From assembly GCF_009914755.1 (NCBI RefSeq), contig NC_060941.1: a stretch of 64,000 nucleotides of DNA. The stretch is one strand, 5' to 3'. The position numbers and the translations under genes are program-made. The notes beneath the pieces were generated by a model. That model was not told the DNA's origin. It saw only the letters and a list, made by a program, of their open reading frames with translations, and did no database searches. The number at the start of each line of letters is the position of its first letter. Positions within the stretch are counted from its first letter, which is position 1. Origin of the DNA: the human T2T-CHM13v2.0 reference genome, Homo sapiens. Shown piece by piece: positions 1-55,720 of the stretch.

Positions 1-60
1 AAGTTTCGGGGATAGCCATGGATTTTCCTGACTCAGGGAAAATCTGCTCCCTCTACATAC

Positions 61-23361
<23,301 letters not shown>

Positions 23362-23569
23362 ATCCGGAGAATCTGGGGAGCGGCGGGATAGAAAAATTCA
23401 CTAACCACAGGCCCGGGCCCACAAGAAGCGCAGCAGAAAGGCGTCCGGGGACCCCGGCCTGCAGTCCCGCCACACAGTGCATCCAGCCCCGCCCGGCCTA
23501 ACCCCTTCGGTCACTCGGCCCGACCCGACCACGCCTCCCGCAGCCCGGCCTTAAACGCCTGCCACGCAC

Positions 23570-23640
23570 CCCACAGGCCCTCACACAAGAGGCCGCTTTC
23601 CCCGCAGCGCAATGGCGGCCAGACTGCGTCCGCTCCGCGT
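23570..23640 (-). other. PRPF8: PRPF8 non-coding exon 1 (5' end approximate)
   Basis: Donor GG|gtgcgt at 23569-23564 inside a CpG island; pairs with the acceptor at 23374-23373. Confidence 0.75.
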
Positions 23641-24111
23641 TCCCAGCGCCGGGAAGTGCGCAACCCGAGTTCAGCAGTTGATCCAGTCGGCGCCGAGGTG
23701 CTCAGATGGATTAGTGAGACGACCAATTAGAGTTGCACACTGCGCCGAGGAGGCGGGCCCATAGGCGGAAAGGCTTTGAACGCAAGGGGGTGTGGTCGGG
23801 GTGAGGCCCCGCCTCCTCCATTTCCGAGGCTGTTTCTGGGGCCTCTGACAGACCTCAGCGTGTGATGGGCTCCTGGCGTCGCACTGTGAGAGACCGAAGT
23901 CTAAAGGGTTTGAATAAATTTGCCAAGATTGCGCATTGTACGATGTCTGTTGTCATCAATGTGTACATGCAATGCAGTACTAGCTCCTGGACAGTCATTT
24001 GTTCATGCATTCATTCATTTAACCATCACTGTCTACCGAGGACGAGGGATAAAGCAGGAAAAAAGACAACCAGTAGAGTTCACAGGGGAGCAGAAAGGCA
24101 GGCAAGAATTA

Positions 24112-41586
<17,475 letters not shown>

Positions 41587-41754
41587 TGATTATAGAGGGT
41601 ATCAGGACACGTCAGGGTGGAAACTTTCCCAAGGCAAAGCCTCCACAATCTAGCATCGAATTGTAAATCAGGACACCATTGGAGCCAAAAAGTAACTCAA
41701 AGTAACCACGCTCATAAGAGATTGATGCAACTAATGCAATTATTTGCATAGCAA

Positions 41755-41760
41755 TTTATT
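41755..41760 (-). terminator. TLCD2: Probable TLCD2 distal poly(A) signal AATAAA
   Basis: tttatt on plus strand in unique sequence at the edge of the Alu block, followed downstream by U/GU-rich sequence; implies ~5-kb 3' UTR. Confidence 0.6.
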
Positions 41761-42309
41761 AATTTATAATCAGGATAGTGTTTCAAGGCCATAAAATATC
41801 AATGTATCCCATCCAGAAAAGCCCCTTCCCTGTCCTGGAGGACAAAGAAATCATTAGCAAGTAGCTTGGTAGACATGGAGTCCGTCTTGAGGACCATTTC
41901 CCTGGGCCACGGTAAAGTCTGGCGAAGCACCACTGTGCTAAGCAGACTCCTACCAAATGGAGCATCTGGCAATCTCTGCTTTTTTTTTTTTTAACCTCTG
42001 CATTTTTGAACGTCCTTTTTTTAGGGTCTTAATTGACCATTCTTCTTTGATTCACATCATCTTTATGTTGCCCACACTCCAATTCTCTGCCTACTTACTC
42101 AGTTGTAATCACAATCCAGTCCTGCCTTCCTCAAGTTTCACTGGCTCACCATGGTAGCAATTCGTGTGTGGTCCCAAATTCTTCCAAGCGTCCACTACAT
42201 CCTGCCCCACCTGGGAGCTGACCTCACTCTTCCTGTATGGGCTTGACTAGTTAATCCACAGAAACAGCCATGTTTCCCTAATGGTCAAGTTCTTGGGCAG
42301 CCTTCATAG

Positions 42310-42519
<210 letters not shown>

Positions 42520-42854
42520 TAGTAGAGATGGGATTTCACCTGCCTCGGTCCCCCAAAGTGCTGGGATTACAGGCGTGAGCCACCACGCCCGGCCTCATAG
42601 ACACTATCAAGTATTACCAAAAGGGACACTCACTCAAACCATCATGAATGTATACCAGTGGCCAAAGAAAAGGTGTATGACTTAGAATCAATTCATATCA
42701 ACCTCAACAGATATTTAAGGAATAGATTCCTCACATGAGTTTGTCATATTTCTTTTTCTTTAAAAACTCAAGGCAGACAACATTTTTGTTAATCAAGGCA
42801 TTCAGTTAAGATGGCAAATTGAGTTTTGCAGATATGACTTTTTTTTTTTAATTA

Positions 42855-43220
<366 letters not shown>

Positions 43221-44920
43221 TCAATATGTTGCCCAGACTGGTCTTGAACTCCTGAGCTCAACCACTCCTCCTACCTCGGCCTCCCAAAGTGCTGGGATTA
43301 CAGGCGTGAGCCACCATGCCCAGCCAGCAAACATGACTTCTAGAAGTACAGACTCTGACAAAATTCTGCATTGTTTCTCTAGCTCACTATCTATACCTTT
43401 GCCTCTTGGGTTTTTATCTAATTACATTTAAATGCTCTGCTCTTATTTTCTGCTTGTGTTTAGCTCCTTCCAACTGTGTTTTCCTCAGTCTCGATGTATT
43501 TTCATCCTTTGCGCCTGTTTTTATGACTCTATGATGGAGACTTCTCACAATCCCTCTCATTTTTTTTTCACACCTGTATTTTTCCTCCTCTTTTCATTTC
43601 TGGGTTCCTGCCTCTTCTTTGTTCTTTGGATATTCAATTTTTTTTTTTGAGACGGAGTCTCACTCTGTCACCCCTGCTGGACTGCAGTGGCACTATCTCG
43701 GCTCATTATAACAACCTCGGCCTCCCAGGTTCAAACGATTCTCCTGCCTCAGCCTCCTCAGTAGCCGGGATTACGGGCGCCTGCCACCACGCCCGGCCAA
43801 TTTTTTGTATTTTTAGTAGAGATGGTGTTTCACCATGTTAGCCAGGATGGTCATCTCCTGACCTCGTGATCCGCCTGCCTCGGCCTCCCAAAATGCTGGG
43901 ATTACAGGCGTGACCCACCATGCCCAGCCTGGATATTTAAATTGTTCTGTGCTCTCCTCCTTTTTTTTCTCTCTGTGATTCTCTTTGTCAGCTCCTTTGC
44001 CTATATTTGCATCTCAGTTGACACCCCTGATTCTGACTTGTCCTTATCTTCCTACCAGTCTCTGCCGACCGGTTACTGTCAGCCTGTCTTTAGGGTTTGC
44101 GCTGCAGCTGTTTGTCCTTTGTCTTTCTGCCTGCCTCCAAGTCCCCATATCTCCTGGTCTCTTCTGTCAGTGAATCTTCCCACTGACTGCCTCCTCCGCC
44201 TTCTGCTTCTCAGCTCCCCGGACTCGTCCCCGCTCTTCTCTGTTCCCACCTCTCCTCTTGCTCTTCTGATCTCTCTATCTGCCAGTATTTCCTCCATCAC
44301 TCCTGAGCCTGGGTGTTTCTCCTTGTCACTCACTCTATTTCACTGTCTAGACTCTCTGTGCCTTTCAGCCTTGGGGTCTCTTCTTGTCGGCCTTCATTTC
44401 TATTTTTCTGGTCCTTTTTGTTTATAACCCTTTTATCAGTTCTGTGACTTTGGTGTCTCTCAGGATCTATGACAGCCTTTCTCCATATTTCTGCTAGGGC
44501 CTGTCTCTTTTGCCCTCCATCCTTCTTTGCCTCTGTCACCTCTATGTGAATAATCCTTCTCTCTTTCTATCTATCACTCAATCTATGTATGTCTGTCTCT
44601 GTCATTCTTCGTATCTTTCTGTACCTCCGCTTCTTAGCAAGGTTTTTGTTTTGTTTTGTTTTGTTTTGAAGACAATCTTCCTGTCTCTTGCTTTTGCTCA
44701 TGTAGCTTTTCTGTGGATGGCTAAGGGTTGCCTCTCTCAGTCCATTGTTTAGTGGAACAGCAGACTTAATCTGCTGGGCACTTCCCGTCACCTCGATGTT
44801 CTGGGAAGGAAGGGGTCTTGTTCAACAGAAAAAAACGCAGCAGAAGCAGCAGGGAGGAAGAAGACTTTATGAATGTATCTCAGAAAAGTCCCAGCTCTTC
44901 CTTTTTTTTTTTTTCTTTAG

Positions 44921-45748
<828 letters not shown>

Positions 45749-46697
45749 CTAAAAATAAAAATAAAAATAAAAGGCTAGACACAGCAGGACCAGGGTTAAG
45801 GAGAAAAACAGGAGTGTGCGCCTGTTCTCACGTCTGTAATCCCAGCACTCTGGGAGGCCGAGGCAGGTGGATTACTTGAGGTCAGGAGTTCGAGACCAGC
45901 CTGGGCAACATGGTGAAACCTCCTCTCCACCAAAAAATACAAAAATTAGCTGGGCTTGGTGGTGCATGCCTGAAGTCACAGCTACTCGGGAGGCTAAGGC
46001 AGGACAATCACTTGAACCCAGGAGGCTGAGGTTGCAGTGAGCCGAAATCGTGCCACTACACTCCAGCCTGGGTGACAGAGTAAGATTCCGTCTCATAAAA
46101 AAAAAGAAAAAGAAAAAGAAAAACAGGAGTGTGGCTTTGAGAACCAGAAACATCAGCAGCAATTGCTGTGGCCCAGGTTCTGTCTCTTGGCAACTATCAC
46201 GTCCATCTCTGCTGCTACAGATAGCACCTCCTCTACCTTCCTCCCACTGCCAGAATTTGGTTATAGGTGAGATCTCTTTTCTCTCTGTCCCCACCCGCCC
46301 CATACCAGATCTCTCTGATCCTAGTGGGACTTCACCTTCCCCCATCTGTCCCTGGGTTAAAGCAAAGAGCTTCTGTCTCCACTGGCAGTTTCTTCCAGCT
46401 GCATGCCTCCTGCCACCCTTTACTGATAGCTCTAGCTGTACCTCTTGAGTTTATTTGCTGGAAAGGATGCTCATCTGATGACGGATTTCAGTGAACAGAA
46501 ACCCAGGTTCCCACCCATCCAACATCAGCATTTCTTCTTAGATCCGAGGAAGGGGAAGGGATGTGAGTTAGCTGGAAGAGAAACTGAGATTCTGATGAGC
46601 AAGTCTGGCCCTCACCCTGATGGGGGACTGTGCATGGAAGACCCTCATCTCCTTGTCCTGGCCCCACCTCCCCCAGCGAGGGGCCCATGGCTTCTCT

Positions 46698-49167
<2,470 letters not shown>

Positions 49168-50439
49168 GGCCTGGCGGTTGGGGGGTTGCGGGGAGTCCGG
49201 GTCGGTCCCCTCGGCGCCCGCGCTCTCGGCCGGGACTGGGAACCCGTTTCCCGGCAGGGCTGGGGCCCCGGCTCCCCTCCCCGCCGCGCCTTTGGGATCA
49301 GCAGGAACTTTTCCCCGTTCGTCCACGCCCAGTCCCTCGCCTGGGCGGTGATTGGAGCAGCCGCGGGGCCGCCGCCCCCGGAGCCTTGGCCACCGATTGC
49401 GTCTTGCTCCAGCCGGGGGAGCGGTTCGGGGGCTCCGGGCAGTAGACCATGCCCTGGAGCTCGGGGGGCCTCCGGGATGTTCGCCAATAGGGGTCCTCCC
49501 CAGCTCCAAGCGTCCTGAAGCGCTGGAGTTGCAGACCTGGGTCTCCAGTCTAACCTCAACTGACACTCCCGGGCCCCACCCACGAACCTTGACCTCTTCC
49601 CGGCTCCCGCGACTTTCACCTGCTGAGCGTCATCACCACCCACCGCCACACCCTGCAAGGCAGAGGCTAGCGCAGCCCACTCGTACCTGCCCGAGCCTGG
49701 CCGCCGCCCCCACTTCCCTCCCCGCGTCCGTGGTGGGGACGGGGTGCCCCACTTTCTTGGAGCCACCCCTTCGGCCTCCTGAGGTTTCCACGCCTTTACC
49801 ATATCCCGGCAAACCTGTAATTCCAGCAGTTCTGCTCCCCCTCCCCCACAACCCCTAGGAGACCCCATGTTGGAGAAGCGACCCACTGGGCCCCGCCCCG
49901 ACCCCCAGCATTGTTTTCGGCCCTACGGAGGAGCCTCATTAGGAAGAGGACGCAAAAGGGAATCGCTGGCCCCCAGTCTTGAAAAGCACTTCCTTCCCCA
50001 AGGGCTTGGTACCCGTTGGGTGGGTAGAATATCTTCAATCCGAGGGCAAGGAAAGGTAACACAGGGTCCCTTCAAGGCTGGGACAGAGTCAGAAGAGAAA
50101 AACAGACCTGTCCTGCTCTTAGTAGCAGGGCGGTTAGGATTCCAGAACCCTCCAGCCTTAAGAGGAAGAGCCTCCCCCAGCCCCTCACCACCTGAAGAGC
50201 CCCAGGTTGCACTGCTTTCCTTCCACCTTACTCCACTCCACCTCTTCAGCTGGCAGACAGTCAGCAAGTCAGAGCTGTTTCCTGCAGGCTGAGAGGGAGG
50301 ATTCCAGCTACTTCAAAGAATTAAGTTCATAAACCAAGAGGTGCCCCAACCAAACCTTCTCACCAAAAAGCTGAGGTCTTCCCTTCATTCTTCTACCCCC
50401 ACCTCTCCAAAGGTTTAAATAATAACACTGATCTCTTAA

Positions 50440-51200
50440 ATTATATTTATTATATGAAATACAAAATGTGGAAAATTTGGAAATTACAGAAAAACCAAAG
50501 ATGAAAATTACAGTGACTTTGTTCCACCATACAAAGATAACCACTCAACATTTTTTAGTATGCCTTCCGTCTTTTTTATCTGCTCTACGTATACAAGCAT
50601 ACACCCATATTTTAAAAAACAAAATTGAAATCACATAACATGCACTATTTTTACAACCTTTTAATATTCAAGGAGCATTTTTCTTTCAGTCAGATGTTCT
50701 TTTACATGACTTTTAATGTCTGCGCGGTACTCCACCATCTGGATGGAGATACAATAATTTACTTAAGCAATCCCCTATTGCAAACTTTCGTTACAGCAGA
50801 AAAGGAATAAATTCCCAACCAAACCATTGCTTCCCATTTTTCTCCATTGCAATGCTGGGATGAACATCTTATCACTAACTAAATCCTTAAGTATTTTCTT
50901 AGGATAAATTCCCAAAGATAGAATTCGTAGGTCAAATGACATGGAGGCTTTTAGGCCACATGACACATATCACCCAACTGTCATCCAGGAAGCCTGCACC
51001 GATGTATACTCCCACACGCAATGTATGGGAATGTTTTTTCAGTAGTCTCTTTGCCAATATTGGGTCTTATTTTTTTCTGTTATGGTTTGCTAAGGGAAAA
51101 ATGCTTCCAGCTCTATTTGCCTTTCTTTAATTACTAATGAAGCATACTTTTTTTCATGGTTTTATCCATTCAGATTTCTTTTATGAATTTCCTGTGTGTG
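50440..51200 (-). mobile_element. Old L1ME-type 3' fragment within the MIR22HG terminal exon
   Basis: L1ME-like antisense sequence: tgtggaaaatttggaaattacagaaaa...agataaccactcaacattttt; ttttcttaggataaattcccaaagatagaattcgtaggtcaaa; tatactcccacacgcaatgtatg. Confidence 0.65.
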
Positions 51201-51298
51201 TCCTTTCGCAGATGGTTCTTGGTCCTTGAGGCTGCTTATATAAACATTACAGGCTGGGCGGAGGTGGAAGTAGGGCGGTGAAGCCACAGGGCACCGCA

Positions 51299-52775
51299 CT
51301 ATGGTGCCACATCTCGGAGGCAGAAAGCCTGGAGAGAAATGGTGATCAAAGTAGGAGAGGGCTGGAGGCTCGCCGTCAATGGAGGCTGGCTGCCCTCCCT
51401 CCTCTTGGGGTGCTCCTGGCCTTTAGGGGCTCCTCTGCTGGATGCCCAGGTAGGACCCTGTGCTCTCCAGGCCTGGTCCTTCACTGGTCTCCATATTCCC
51501 AGGCTGCCTCTCCTCACCTCTGCTCCATGATGGGTGAAGATGGCAGAGGCACATAGCGAGGGCTGGAGGGAGATGCTGTGGCCAGTGAAGCAAGGAGAAA
51601 GTACGGAGGCAGTGTCCAGGGACAGAGTCACCTTTGTTGCAGCCTATGAGTCTATCCCCTGCTTCTCTACCACTGTCCCACACGCATCCTGCCCCTCAGC
51701 TTGGCTGCAGAAGAGCAGGGTTCCACGATCTACTCTTCTCCACATCCTTGAGTTTTTCACAAGCGGAGGACAAGATACAGCTCCCTGCACATCTCCTCCC
51801 ACCAAATCGAACAGACACAGCTTCCTGTAGCCGCTAGGTGAGAATGGATCAGGGCTGGAGGTGGCAGGTTTACACTCACTGCCTGATATCTGGAAGGAGG
51901 TCACATCCCACAACCCACCTCCCCTACTTGCTGCAGGGGAGAATTTCCTGTCTGCACAGGCCTGAGCTGGGGATCACATACCACCTTGGAAAGCAAAGTG
52001 AGGAAAGAAACAGAGTAGCAGCAGTTAGAATCCCACCAAGGGGCTGCTGTCCTGCTTTGGATATCAGGGGAAGCCTTGGGCCACCCTTGCATGGGGGGAA
52101 GTCACGGAGAGGCGAGCTCTTACTAGCTCCTCGCATTGGTCTAACTCTAACCCCCTCCTCCAGCTTCCCATTCCCCACCCAGCTTCTGGGTGATGGTATC
52201 AGGGATGGGGGAGGGACAACAGCTTCTGTGAAAAGGTGTTTTGTTTCCACCCACAGCAGGGGGAGAGCCCGGGTTCTGAGTCAACCCAGATGGGCTTCTG
52301 ATTCCCTCATGCACACTCATCTGTGTGACTGCCCATCTCACAGGTGGAGAAACTGAGACAGGAGGTCTAAGGGTCTCAGATACAGGTAAGTGCCCAGGAA
52401 TCTAGAGTCTGGGCCAGCCTAAGGAAATGCAGGGAAAAGTAAGAGCAGAAGGATGACTCCTCACGCCTGGGTTTAGTATCACTTTTCCCTGAAGAGTGAG
52501 CTTACTTTTGGACCTCATCTGGAAAGGCCAGTGGGGAAGAATGAAAGATACGGAAGGAGGGTCAAGAAGGAAGTCGGGGAGACAGAGTGTTCTCTCCACT
52601 TCTTCCCACTGTCACACAAAGACCAACTAACCTTGGGTTGTTTGAGCCTTCTACTCCTCAATCCAGCCAGTGTCTCTAATCTAAAACCGCTCCTTGCTGG
52701 GCCAATCTGGGCAAAGGCTCTCCAACTTGCCCAAAACGTATCATCCACCCTGCTGTTCGGACCTTCCCAGCCCAT
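51299..52775 (-). CDS. MIR22HG: Putative 57-aa MIR22HG small ORF (52775-52632 spliced to 51328-51299)
   Basis: MGWEGPNSRVDDTFWASWRAFAQIGPARSGFRLETLAGLRSRRLKQPK|AFCLRDVAP*; Kozak GAAATGG; resembles the formerly annotated C17orf91 product as I recall it; translation not shown by the sequence. Confidence 0.5.
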
Positions 52776-52831
52776 TTCTGTCACCTTCCAGATGATGGGG
52801 AAAGCAGCTCCTCCTCCTCCTCGAAGCCAGG

Positions 52832-52916
52832 GGCAGAGGGCAACAGTTCTTCAACTGGCAGCTTTAGCTGGGTCAGGACATAAAGCTTGCCACTGAAGAA
52901 CTACTGCGGCTCAGCC
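52832..52916 (-). ncRNA. MIR22: pre-miR-22 hairpin (miR-22-5p 52902-52881; miR-22-3p 52864-52843)
   Basis: Contains AAGCUGCCAGUUGAAGAACUGU and AGUUCUUCAGUGGCAAGCUUUA in a fold-back. Confidence 0.99.
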
Positions 52917-53446
52917 AGGTGAGGGCGTGAGAGGAACAGGCTCCTAAGGGAAAGGGAGGGAAAATGGGAAAGATCTGAGCAGGGCATGTTGCTGCAACGC
53001 TGACCCACTCGCTGGCCATCAGGGTCCTGCCCCAGTAGACCTCTGAGATTCTAATGCAGGGCTGCAGCTCTGATCTGGGCCCGCGGAAGCTGTTAACCTC
53101 GCTGAGCAGCAAGAGGTGGCTGTAAACAGACTTCCCTTGCTCTTCTTTCCAGAACTGGAGTCTAGAGAAACCCAGTCCTGCTCTCACCCTCCCCTGCCCT
53201 AGCGGCCCCTGGGGGCCCAGCCTCCTCAGCATTCAGACAGGGCGGGGCCCGGGACCCTGGACACACCCCACCAGCACGCAGGTACTAGAAGTGTGGTACC
53301 TCAGGTCCAGAAATGTGAGTTCAGTGATCAGCCCAACTGACTTGTTCCCAGGGAGTTCAGCTGGAAGGAGAGTTCTGGGGGCCTGGATTGGGGAAGAGTG
53401 AGGAAGGGAGGAGGCCTAGCGTTTGAAAGAAGGTCAGCAGAGGCCC

Positions 53447-53574
53447 CCGGGGCTGTGAGGGGCGGACAGGGGACCACAGGCTGGAGAGGAGGGAGGTATC
53501 GGCAGGGTGGCCGGGGCTGTGAGGGGCGGGCAGGGGACCACAGGCTGGAGGGGAGGGAGGTATGGGCAGGGTGG
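53447..53574. repeat. 64-bp tandem duplication (2 copies), G-rich, MIR22HG intron 1
   Basis: ccggggctgtgaggggcgg[a/g]caggggaccacaggctggag... starts at 53447 and 53511. Confidence 0.9.
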
Positions 53575-54599
53575 CTGGGCAGCTTCCCCAGGACTCTCAG
53601 ATGCCAGGCATTCCGCTTGCGCATTCCGGGTACATCTGGTATGAATTCCAGGCTGTCTGCCGGCCCCTCCATGTCTGAACTTTGTTCCAAGTTCCAAGCC
53701 CCGCCCCCACAGTTCCAACGCATGAATCAGCAGGAAAAGCCGGGCCCTGCAGCATGGCCCAGGGAGGGGACTGGGGGCGTGGCAGGCTCGGGGGATGTGA
53801 GCTGGGGAGGGCGGGTCCGTGCTGACACTCAGTCCAAGGGCATGGCCCACGCCAGGCTGAGGGGCCAAGGCGGTCTTGCCTTGGAATTTCTATACTCAGA
53901 GGGTAAGAAAGATTGGGGGATACGGGGTGCGGTTCAAATTCCGAAACCCTCTTGGGAGGCATGAACTTTGTGTATCTTCCTTCCCCTGGGTGACCAGTCC
54001 AACTCCGTCCGACCTTCCTCTGTCTGAGATAGCTCTGTTCAACCCAGAGGACTCAGCAGCTGCTGAGAGTCTGTGCCAAGCAGGTGCCCTTGGCTGCAGG
54101 GCGGGGTGGGCCCAGGGCACTGACCCTCTGACCAGCTGCTCCATCAACCCTCTGGCACTCTGACAGCTCCTAGCCCAATCTGACAGCCAGGATGACAGGC
54201 CAAAGGAGTTGGAGGCTGGAACCAGGGCCGGAGGGAGGTGGGGGTGACAGCCTCGCCGGAGGCCATGGGGAGGGGCCAAGAGTTGGCCGAGAGGTGGGGA
54301 GAGAGGCAGCCCAGTGATGACTAACCCAGGCGCCCCACCCAGCCAGCCGGCTTCCCAGGCAGTCAGGGCCAGGCCTGGGCTAGGGGCCTCACAATCGGAC
54401 AGGCTGGGGGGAGGTGCAGAGGTGACCTTCTCTCGGCCCAAGACGGCCAGTTAGTCTGGGGAGCGGGGGTTAGAGTTTCCAGGCCCTCCTCTTGCCCTCT
54501 TCCCCCCGCCCAACCACGGTGAAACCCTAACCTTTGGGTTGCATAAGGCCCCGGCACCGCCGCCCCCTACTCCTCTCCCCTCCCCCCTTACATAACATC

Positions 54600-55720
54600 C
54601 CCTGGAGAGAACGAGAGGAGGGGCCGGCCCGCCCAGCGACCCCTTCCCTGCCAGGGCGCTGAACTGGCCCTGACCCAGTGAACGCCGGCAGAGGCAAAGC
54701 ACCTCCTCGCCGCCCGCTCGGGGGGTCCAGACCCTCCCCAGGCTAGATGGCCGGCCCCTGTATCCTCAGACCGGGGGCCGCCGGGTGAGCCGCCCCCGGC
54801 CCTCCGGCCCCTCGGCTCTCCCCCCGCCCCCCGCCACTCCGCCAGCCCTTCCGCCACGACTCCCGTCCCAGACTCTTTCCTCATAGCTCCTGACACACTA
54901 ACCCGGCCAGTCCAGGCCCCTCTCCCCGAGGCGCCCCTGCCCCCGCCGCCCCTTCTCCTCCCGGAAGGGCTGGGTGTGGCCGCCCGGACCCCACTTTCAC
55001 CCTCCATCCCGTTACCGCGGCTCCCCGCTGCGTGACCGGGTCGCCAGCTCACACCCACCTGGTGCTGGGTGTGGGGGTTGCTGCACGAGGGGGAGCAAAT
55101 CACTGCGTCCGCTCCCCACGGCCGGCGGCGCTGTCTCTTCTCGGCACCCAGCACACACCGGCTCCAGGCTCCGATCAGCTGGCGGCGTCGTGACGCACGA
55201 GCTGCGAATGCACGGCCCGGGGCCAATCACCGCCCACTGCTGGGCAACGTGGCCCCGCCCACCCGGGGGCCGACGGGGCCTCGCCCTGGTCCCGCCTCTC
55301 CGGGCGCCCTGGCTCTGATTGGCAAGGAGGCCACCCTTTTGCCGGGCGGAATTGCACGAAGCCACGCCCACCCACTGAGGAGCCGGCCAATAGACGGACA
55401 GGTGTGGCCCAGCCCTCCGCGTCAGCGACCCGCTTAGAAAAGCGCTACGTCAAACGAGAGTCCTAAAGAGCAGGCGAAAGCCACGGCGTCTGCGTTTGCA
55501 ATGCATGCTGGTCCGTGTAGTTCTCAGCCTGACACCGTCGTTCCCAGAACCCAGCGCGCTCTGTGAGTTGGCATTTTTAAACTGAGCTCGGAATCCAGCC
55601 CGGGGAAGTCCTTAAAGGGCGACAGCCCCTCCTTGTTGGAGTCGTGAGTGCTTCTTTTAGACATTCCCCAAACTGACTCGCCGGCCTCTGCGGGACGCTA
55701 TAGCTCTTTAAGGAAAGGTG
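54600..55720. promoter_or_regulatory. Bidirectional CpG-island promoter for MIR22HG (minus) and upstream WDR81 first exon (plus)
   Basis: CpG-dense; CCAAT boxes ~55223, ~55318 (reverse), ~55387; GC boxes; CRE-like TGACGCA ~55191 and ACGTCA ~55447; outward-facing donors at 55058 (minus) and 55563 (plus). Confidence 0.8.
55450..55562 (+). other. WDR81: Probable upstream alternative first exon of WDR81
   Basis: Donor CT|gtgagt at 55563-55568; ATG at 55505 open to the donor (MLVRVVLSLTPSFPEPSAL); downstream partner exon lies outside the window. Confidence 0.55.

Larger units (their letters stand above)
50430..55200 (-). ncRNA. MIR22HG: MIR22HG (miR-22 host gene, former C17orf91): exon ~55200-55059, exon 52943-52632, terminal exon 51328-~50430
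   Basis: Donor CAG|gtgggt at 55058; acceptor ccctttcccttag before 52943; donor AAG|gttagt at 52631; acceptor tttctctccag before 51328; AATAAA at 50451-50446; contains mir-22. Confidence 0.85.

Noticed and set aside
51829-51843. CTCF-like CCGCTAGGTGAGA
   Set aside because: Lacks the GGC of the core; better explained as the minus-strand splice acceptor
54588-55437. ORFs of 72-212 aa at the MIR22HG promoter
   Set aside because: GC-rich artefacts that cross the TSS and splice donor
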